Positions 1-6,457 of a stretch of DNA of 23,878 nt are shown here, piece by piece. The notes beneath the pieces are model-generated. The model did not search any database. It worked only from the letters and a program-made list of their open reading frames with translations, and was not told the DNA's origin. The translations under genes were made by a program, and so were the position numbers. Source of the DNA: Candidatus Hadarchaeota archaeon (GTDB taxonomy: Archaea > CAYQAE01 > CAYVLA01); assembly GCA_964452145.1 (NCBI GenBank), contig CAYVLA010000046.1, forward strand, positions 1-23,878, in the 5' to 3' direction. Every line of letters begins with the position of its first letter. The stretch's first letter is position 1.

Positions 1-723
1 CTCGTAGCCGTCCTGCTGCTGGGATCCCTTCTGGTGTTCCTTGCCGGTTTCAAGGAGACAAAGGGCCGACCTCCGGAGCAGGTACGGGCTTCCCTCCGCG
101 AGATCTACTCACCCCATCTGTCCAAGCCCCTCGTTCTCCTTGCAGCATCGGGCTTCCTCTTCGCCGTCGGGCTAAGCACCAGCCACACGATCATAATGCC
201 CCTCTTCTTCACGAAGAAGTTCGGGGCATCGGTGGGTCAGGTCTCCCTCTTGCTCGGCCTGCACAGGCTATCCCTCGCCGCACCCCTTCTTGCTTCAGGC
301 AGGATCGTCAAGCGCTCGTTGAGAAAGATCATGATCTTCTCCTTGATCTACGAGGCCTCCGCAATCTCTTTGAGCGGGATCGTCCCGACCTTCATGCTCT
401 CGGCCGCCATCTGGCTCACTCACGACCTATTCGGTGCGTCCCTCTGGATTCCCGCCCAGGCTTCGCTGATCCAGCACTACGCCAGGGACCAGTTCAGAGG
501 GCGTGATGTCTCAAAGGTGGTGGCGGTGGGAGCTCTGGGATGGATAATCGGCCCCCTCATCGCGGGTTGGACGTCCCCGGTCTCCATCGACTTCCCCTTC
601 ATCATCAGCGGGGTCCTCGTGGGTGCTTCCTCGGCGTTCCTTCTTCCTCTCAAGGAACCCACTCGCGAGGATGACAAAGCCAGTTCCATCATGCAGCCCG
701 GCTCTAGAGCCGCTGATGGCTGA
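1..723 (+). CDS. MFS transporter, C-terminal half (5'-truncated by window edge)
   Basis: Frame open from base 1 to TGA 721-723. About six hydrophobic helices and MFS-like loop/helix motifs (QFRGRDVS, GWIIGPLIAGW). Confidence 0.85.
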   Translation, partial: LVAVLLLGSLLVFLAGFKETKGRPPEQVRASLREIYSPHLSKPLVLLAASGFLFAVGLSTSHTIIMPLFFTKKFGASVGQVSLLLGLHRLSLAAPLLASGRIVKRSLRKIMIFSLIYEASAISLSGIVPTFMLSAAIWLTHDLFGASLWIPAQASLIQHYARDQFRGRDVSKVVAVGALGWIIGPLIAGWTSPVSIDFPFIISGVLVGASSAFLLPLKEPTREDDKASSIMQPGSRAADG

Positions 724-790
724 TCGGCCCCAGAAGCGGGAGGCGGAGAAGGGGAGGGGAGAGGAATCGAGGCGCTGTGGGAGTGGGACA

Positions 791-804
791 GAAACCTACA
801 TAAA
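791..804 (+). promoter_or_regulatory. Putative archaeal BRE/TATA (GAAACC-TACATAAA) for the aminotransferase gene
   Basis: Only AT-rich patch in the 724-846 spacer; about 22 nt upstream of SD-like GAGGAG (826-831). Confidence 0.45.
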
Positions 805-846
805 CCGCCGTCCATCCTGTCCGGCGAGGAGATCAGTCTGTCCGAA

Positions 847-2121
847 ATGCTTGCGATAAAAGGGGGCCCCAAGTCGATAAGCGAGCCCTGGCCGTCATGG
901 CCCATCATCACCAAGAGGGACGAAGATGTCGTTCTAGAGACTCTCCGAGGAACCAGCACAGATGCGGTGGGCCCCGGCGGGGCAATTGGCGCCTTCGAGG
1001 CCGCCCTGGCTGAGTACCAAGGATGCAGGTACGCCATTGGCACCAACGGCGGCACCCAGGCACTGGATCTTGCAGTTGCCGTCTCGGGTGCTGGACCGGG
1101 AGACGAGGTCATCTGTACGCCGTACTCTTGGGGAGCCTCGGTAGCCTGTGTTCTGCACAACAACGCCATACCGGTCTTTGCCGATATCGACAAGATGTTG
1201 AACCTTGATCCTGAAAGCGTCAACGAGAAGATCACCAAGAGGACCAAGGCCATCGTGGTCGTCCATATCTACGGACAGCCGGCCGAGATGAAACCCCTCG
1301 TCGAGATCGCTCGCGACAATCACCTTGTTCTCATAGAGGACGCCGCCCAGGCGATGGGAGCGACCTACCGCGGGGAGAAGGTGGGTAAAATAGGTGACAT
1401 CGGATGCTTCTCCTTTCAAGCGTCCAAGCACGTCCCGGCCATCGAAGGCGGAGGCTTGGTGACGAGCAATGAAGACTTCTACCAGCATGCCCTAATCCTT
1501 GCAATGCACCCACGGAGGCAGGAAGCCCAGGTGGATACCGAGGGTTACAGGCGGTACATCGATAGCTCAGCGTACAACTTCAGGATGCATCCCCTGGCAG
1601 CGGCTCTGGCCAAGGAGAGGCTAACCATGGTGGATGAGCGCAATGCGGTGAGGGAGAGGAACTGCACCTACCTCAGCGGCAAGCTGGAGGGCCTTCCAGG
1701 CATTCGGGTAGGCTACGTTGAACCCCACCGCACGCATACCTATCACATGATGGCTCTGTCCTACGTTGGCCAGGAACTCGGTAACCTGCCACGGGAAAAC
1801 TTCATTCAAGCCATGAAAGCCGAGGGCTTGGGCATGGGTCGATACGTCAATACGCCGATCCACCTCCGGCCAAGGTTCCGCGACCACTACTATTACGGAA
1901 AGGGTTGCCCCTGGAGCTGCCCCTTTGCAGACCGGCTCATCACCTACATGGAGGGTGACTGCCCAGTTGCCGAGAGGGTCTGCCGGGAAAGCGAGCTAAC
2001 CATCTATACCGGTGGACTGGCGGTGGATTGCAGCAAGCTCCTTGACCAGATCGTTCACGCCTTCCAGAAAGTGACGTCCCAGCCCGAACAGGCAATGGAT
2101 CTGCGACAGGGCGCCAACTGA
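847..2121 (+). CDS. DegT/DnrJ/EryC1/StrS-family PLP-dependent (amino)sugar aminotransferase
   Basis: LAIKGG N-terminus, TNGGTQAL, GPGDEVI, PVFADID, VVHIYG, IEDAAQA and the PLP-lysine motif FSFQASKH. True start may be CTG at 838. Confidence 0.93.
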   Translation: MLAIKGGPKSISEPWPSWPIITKRDEDVVLETLRGTSTDAVGPGGAIGAFEAALAEYQGCRYAIGTNGGTQALDLAVAVSGAGPGDEVICTPYSWGASVACVLHNNAIPVFADIDKMLNLDPESVNEKITKRTKAIVVVHIYGQPAEMKPLVEIARDNHLVLIEDAAQAMGATYRGEKVGKIGDIGCFSFQASKHVPAIEGGGLVTSNEDFYQHALILAMHPRRQEAQVDTEGYRRYIDSSAYNFRMHPLAAALAKERLTMVDERNAVRERNCTYLSGKLEGLPGIRVGYVEPHRTHTYHMMALSYVGQELGNLPRENFIQAMKAEGLGMGRYVNTPIHLRPRFRDHYYYGKGCPWSCPFADRLITYMEGDCPVAERVCRESELTIYTGGLAVDCSKLLDQIVHAFQKVTSQPEQAMDLRQGAN

Positions 2122-2596
2122 AGGATCGCGTTCTGGCTATCCAGACGGCATCTTCATAGATGCAATAGCAGATTGGGAGCCCTTTCGCCCCGGTGAACGC
2201 CTCGAAGGGACGGGAGACCGCACAAGTCATGGCACTCCCGGGGTTTGCGAACCCGCACAAAGTCGCGCAAGGGGCTTGACATCCTGGTTGGCAGATGAAG
2301 CCCTTGCCCGGGCCCGCAGCTCTGATGCTCGGCCTCCGTCACCGTCCACATCATCTATCTAGTGCTCGCAAGGGTAGTGAATCTTCCGATCGCGGAGCCC
2401 ACCGAGGCGAAGAGAGGCAGACCCGGGGTTCCCCCAACGCCGCCGTATCCAACCGGGGGCGAGCTCACTGTCGACTAGTTTGAAGGAGCGTTCTACACCC
2501 CGCCACAGGGATCTAATTCAAGCCCGAAGTGAGACTAATCAACTCAGACTGCCAGACCCCGGTCAGTCCGGTCATCTGGAAAGGTGAGATCGTCAA

Positions 2597-3637
2597 ATGA
2601 GGCAAGTGAACGTCGGGTTCGTGGGTTGCGGATTCATGGGGCAACTCGCCCACCTAGCGAACTTCGCCACCGACCCGAGATGTCGCGTTCTCGGCATCGC
2701 CGACTTGAGGCAGAACCTGGCCAAGAAGGTGGCAGAGAAGTACTCCATACCCAGGGTCTACCCCAGCCACTCTGATCTTCTGGAGAATCCTGAGATCGAG
2801 GCCATCGTTGAGATAACTCAGGACGACATGCACGCGCCGATCGCGATCGAGGCGATGAAGGCGGGAAAGCACGTCTACACGGAGAAGCCTATGACGACGA
2901 ACATCGAGGACGCCCAAGAGATGGTTCACACTGCAGAAAGATGTGGCACCAAGCTCATGGTAAGCTACATGAAGCGATACGACCCCGGAGTCGAAGCAGC
3001 CAGGGGCGAAGTGACAAGAGCCTTGGCGGACCGATCAATGGGACCGGTCACTCTCGCCAGATCGCATGGGTTCGGTGGCAACTGGATATGCAACATCGGC
3101 AAACCCATAACCACGGAAGAGAAGGTGCCACCCGTTCAGCGCACCTGCCCGGCGTGGATGCCGGAGGAGATGGTGCAAGATTACCGGCAGTACCTCAACG
3201 TCTACTGCCACAACATCAACCTTGTACGATATCTCCTGGGCGACCCGGAGCGGTCCCACTTTGCCTCGTACCACCCCGGTGGCAAAGTGATGCTCATGGA
3301 GTATGAGGACTTCGCGGCCATCATCGAGACCGGCTGGCTTTCGGCGTCCTTCTGGGACGAGAGTACCGAGATCTATTTCCGTGACGGCCGAGTTCGAATC
3401 CTTACTCCACCCCCCCTCCTGAGAAACGTCCCTGCAGAGGTCGAACTCTACAGAGCCGGGAACACTCAAGTCCATCAGCGTCTGGTGGCCGCTTGGGACT
3501 GGTCCTTCAGGCGATCTGCCGAGCACTTCATAGACTGCATACTGACCGACCAGGAGCCGAGGTCCTCCGGCAGGGATTCCATGATCGACATACGGATCGT
3601 GGAGGATGCCTTCAAGGCCCTCGGGAGGAAGTGCTAA
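2597..3637 (+). CDS. Gfo/Idh/MocA-family NAD(P)-dependent oxidoreductase
   Basis: Rossmann VGFVGCGFMG, AGKHVYTEKP and YMKRYDP motifs; SD AGGTGA upstream of ATG 2597. Confidence 0.93.
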   Translation: MRQVNVGFVGCGFMGQLAHLANFATDPRCRVLGIADLRQNLAKKVAEKYSIPRVYPSHSDLLENPEIEAIVEITQDDMHAPIAIEAMKAGKHVYTEKPMTTNIEDAQEMVHTAERCGTKLMVSYMKRYDPGVEAARGEVTRALADRSMGPVTLARSHGFGGNWICNIGKPITTEEKVPPVQRTCPAWMPEEMVQDYRQYLNVYCHNINLVRYLLGDPERSHFASYHPGGKVMLMEYEDFAAIIETGWLSASFWDESTEIYFRDGRVRILTPPPLLRNVPAEVELYRAGNTQVHQRLVAAWDWSFRRSAEHFIDCILTDQEPRSSGRDSMIDIRIVEDAFKALGRKC

Positions 3638-4212
3638 TCCAGAACGGATCGTAACAAGCCCCAAGGATCTTCACTGCGCTCCGGCGTCCACCGAAGGTGC
3701 ACGGCGGGCAGGTGGAGAGTCAGAGCCTGTGCCCAGCTTGCGGCCTCAAGACGGCAGGATATGATCAGCAGGCGTGGAAGAACTCGGGCTCGGAGGGTGC
3801 CCATGAATCCCATGTAGAGGCCTTGGCCCCCCATTTCGAGCTTTCCCACTTCATCAACGAAGACGACTGTTGGAGGGCGCGTAGACGACGCGAGGACTTC
3901 GAGCAGCTCATTCGCTCTCGCGATGCCCGAGACTGAGAAGCGGTACTTCACCCCCGCAAAAGCCGACCATTCCGAACCCCGTGCCACCTCGGGGATGGCG
4001 GCCAGCGGAAAGAGGTCTCCGGTGGCACAATCCATGCCGTCGTAGCCCACCAGCCTCCCGCCCTCGAACCTCCTTGGACTGATGATCCCTCCAACGGCCA
4101 CACCCGAATCTCGCGCCGTTTGCCGAAGACGGAGACAGAAGGCGGTCTTCCCGGATCCGATGCCTCCGGTCATGACGATGATCGTGCGAGGTCGACTTCG
4201 TCTATGCTCCAT
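3634..4212 (-). CDS. P-loop NTPase, THEP1/NTPase_1-like (DUF2478-like)
   Basis: Walker A GGIGSGKT, VAVGGIIS, Walker B VVFVDEVGKLE. Start uncertain (ATG 4212 or ATG 4272/4269). Confidence 0.8.
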   Translation of the reverse strand: MEHRRSRPRTIIVMTGGIGSGKTAFCLRLRQTARDSGVAVGGIISPRRFEGGRLVGYDGMDCATGDLFPLAAIPEVARGSEWSAFAGVKYRFSVSGIARANELLEVLASSTRPPTVVFVDEVGKLEMGGQGLYMGFMGTLRARVLPRLLIISCRLEAASWAQALTLHLPAVHLRWTPERSEDPWGLLRSVLD

Positions 4213-4514
4213 CACTGCCTTTGCCGATCGCCCTGATTCGGGCTTTCTCGGCGATGTGCGTCCTCTCATCATAATCCCTCGCCAGGTGGAATCGAAACAG
4301 CGAAGGGGACCATTGGGCTTGAGCAAACGGCGTGTGCGGCCGAATCCGACCCGGACCATCCCGGATCGCAGGCCGTCCTAATAATTATTGATCTCCCCTC
4401 CACCGGAAACCGGCCGGTCGCCATCGAATTTCGCCGCGTACCGTCGCTAAGGTCCTTGACACACTCCACCTCGCATCTCAAACTGCATGCGGAACCGGTT
4501 GAACGCTTCCTGAA

Positions 4515-4528
4515 CAGAAGCTTTATAG
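4515..4528 (+). promoter_or_regulatory. Archaeal BRE/TATA box (CAGAAG-C-TTTATAG) for the small ORF-flotillin unit
   Basis: Consensus-like TTTATA at 4522-4527 with purine-rich BRE; implies a start site near 4549-4552. Confidence 0.65.
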
Positions 4529-4548
4529 GATTGAGCGAAATCTGAACT

Positions 4549-4657
4549 GCGTTCGACCGCCCGAGGGGCCAAGGTCGGGCGCGAGGAGGGGCAGAAGTGG
4601 ACCATTCGGGCGGGGCAGAGACTCGGCTCTGGCAAGCCAGACATGGGAGGTGCCAGC
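4549..4657 (+). other. Structured 5' leader (candidate cis-regulatory RNA)
   Basis: 10-bp stem 4549-4558/4573-4582; CCGCCCGA (4557-4564) is complementary to TCGGGCGG (4606-4613); two overlapping hairpins lie just before SD GGGAGGTG (4645-4652). Confidence 0.35.
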
Positions 4658-4897
4658 ATGGAAAAGGTGTTGGTTGACCTGTTGAGCGACAAGGAAATAG
4701 TCTTCGCCTCTCTGAGCGACATGGAGAAGGCGATGAATGAGCTCGCCAATGGCAAGAGCATAATAGCGATCTACCCGACACAGGGAAGAACGAGGAGAGC
4801 TAGGGTGATATCGGTCTCGTACTGGAACCTGATATCCGACGGCAAGATCTCGGTCTCCGCGAACGTCCAGGATGGGGAACCCGGGGAAAGGGGGTGA
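4658..4897 (+). CDS. Small hypothetical protein (79 aa)
   Basis: Strong SD GGGAGGTG 5 nt before ATG 4658; natural-looking composition; its stop lies within the SD (GGGGTGA) of the next gene. Confidence 0.75.
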   Translation: MEKVLVDLLSDKEIVFASLSDMEKAMNELANGKSIIAIYPTQGRTRRARVISVSYWNLISDGKISVSANVQDGEPGERG

Positions 4898-4901
4898 GTC
4901 C

Positions 4902-6323
4902 ATGCAGATGATCGCATACGGATTTGTTGGGCTGGCGTTCCTCCTTCTGGTAGCGACCGCGATCTTCATGGCCCTGAGGCGCGTTGTGCCGCCCAACAGA
5001 GCGGACGTAGTTGTGAGGCGTTCCGGGACGAAGGTCTACAGCGGGGATCCGAGCCTCGGGGAGCAACTCCCGCATGAGGGAGCCTCGTTCCAGTTCGGCG
5101 GGGCAACGTACTGGTACGTGCCGCGCTTCATACCAAGGTTTGGCATGTTCGTCAGGATGATGCCGTTGACCATGATGGAAATCGAGGTCGTAGACCAGGT
5201 CACGTTCGCCCGAGACAATCCCCAGTTTGTCTGCGACCTGTCTCTCTATTGCAGGATCGTGAACGTCCCTGTGGCGGCGGCTCGCTGGCACCTGGATCAG
5301 GCCTCCTTCAAGCAAACCGTCAACCAACTTGCCATCAATGCCTTGAGGGTGGCCACGGCGAAGTTCGCGATAGAGGACACGATCGCACGGAGGAAGGATC
5401 TGCAGGAAAGCATACGTGAGGATCTGACCGACGACTTTGCCAGGTGGGGCGTCCGCCTGGAATCGGTTGCGATCGTCGACATAAAGGATGCCCCGGGCAA
5501 GACCCCCGTCCAAGACATCGCCAAAAAGAAGGAAGCCGAGATAAGCTCTGAGTCCCGGAAGATGGTCGCCATTAAGACCAAGGAGGCGGAGTTCGTCGAA
5601 GCCGAGAACTGGCAGATAGCCGAGACGAGGAAGGTTGAAGCCGAGGAGAAGGTCGGCATGAGGACCCAGGAGAAAGACGCGGCAGTCGCCAAAGAGCAGC
5701 AAGCCGCCGCCGTGGAGCAGATGATGGTCAAGCAGATACAGGATGTCAGAGCTGCCGAGATCGAGAAGCTCGCCAGAATCCAATCAGCCGAAGGGGACCG
5801 ACAGCAAACTATCATACGAGCGGAGGGCACCAAGCATCAGTACATCCTCGAGGGAGAAGGACAGGGTGAGAGGCAGAAGTACATCGGACTCGGGGAGGCA
5901 GCTGCCACCGAAGCCAAGGGCTTGGCGGAGGGTAAGGCCAAGGAAGCGGTTGCCCGGGGCATGAACATTCTTGCAGAGGCGGGCAAGGATTACAGAACCA
6001 TAGACTATCTACAGGCAGTTCAGAGCGAGTTCGCCAAGGCCATGCAGAGCGCCGAGATAAAGTTCATCAGCACACAGCCCCCGGGCAGATTCTTGGAACT
6101 CTTCACACCGCAGGGGGGTGCGAGCATCGGCGGGGCGCTTTCCGCTCTTGGACAAACCGGAGGAACCGACGAGCTGGTCAGACTGATCCGGGGGCTGAAG
6201 ACATCCGCACCGGGGCTCTACGACGCTGTCAAGGAGGCCGTCTCGGCGTCAGGGAACGAAGGCTCAGGCAAGCAGGAGGCACGATCGACCGGGGTCCCCC
6301 CTGATCGACCTGCGGAAGGGTGA
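4902..6323 (+). CDS. SPFH/Band-7 flotillin-family membrane scaffold protein
   Basis: N-terminal TM helix then RRVVPPNRADVV, SPFH core (WGVRLESVAIVDIKD) and a long Ala/Glu/Lys-rich coiled-coil tail; SD GGGGTGA before ATG 4902. Confidence 0.9.
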   Translation: MQMIAYGFVGLAFLLLVATAIFMALRRVVPPNRADVVVRRSGTKVYSGDPSLGEQLPHEGASFQFGGATYWYVPRFIPRFGMFVRMMPLTMMEIEVVDQVTFARDNPQFVCDLSLYCRIVNVPVAAARWHLDQASFKQTVNQLAINALRVATAKFAIEDTIARRKDLQESIREDLTDDFARWGVRLESVAIVDIKDAPGKTPVQDIAKKKEAEISSESRKMVAIKTKEAEFVEAENWQIAETRKVEAEEKVGMRTQEKDAAVAKEQQAAAVEQMMVKQIQDVRAAEIEKLARIQSAEGDRQQTIIRAEGTKHQYILEGEGQGERQKYIGLGEAAATEAKGLAEGKAKEAVARGMNILAEAGKDYRTIDYLQAVQSEFAKAMQSAEIKFISTQPPGRFLELFTPQGGASIGGALSALGQTGGTDELVRLIRGLKTSAPGLYDAVKEAVSASGNEGSGKQEARSTGVPPDRPAEG

Positions 6324-6457
6324 AGACCGCAGGCAATCGTCGGATCGCCCGGCAACCTCGATGGGATCGCGGAGTCGGTGATGTGGCGGGTGATGGGAAG
6401 CTTTTTTGAGTCGAAGACCAGAACAGACAACGGCCTTTGGCTAGATCGGTGAACCAG

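Noticed and set aside
731..790. Purine/G-rich tract as a G-quadruplex or repeat
   Set aside because: G-runs are irregularly spaced with long loops; no repeat unit or other support.
2122..2596. SRP RNA, RNase P RNA, c-di-GMP-I riboswitch or C/D-box sRNA in the long spacer
   Set aside because: No SRP helix-8 motif, RNase P P4 motifs, complete GEMM pattern or properly spaced C and D boxes on either strand. The short ORFs there have no recognisable features.
3385..3410. GTTCGAATCC (3392-3401), resembling a tRNA T-loop
   Set aside because: Inside the Gfo/Idh/MocA CDS; the flanks do not form a T-stem or cloverleaf.
4553..4570. CGACCGCCCGAG resembling the 3' hairpin of a ZTP riboswitch
   Set aside because: The upstream ACUGGCG pseudoknot partner and P1 are missing, and downstream genes are unrelated to purine or folate metabolism.
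4800..5783. Long antisense ORFs (4800..5783, 477..1253, 7010..7879, 11876..12751, 14741..15553 and similar)
   Set aside because: Shadow frames of well-supported genes in GC-rich DNA, with no family motifs.
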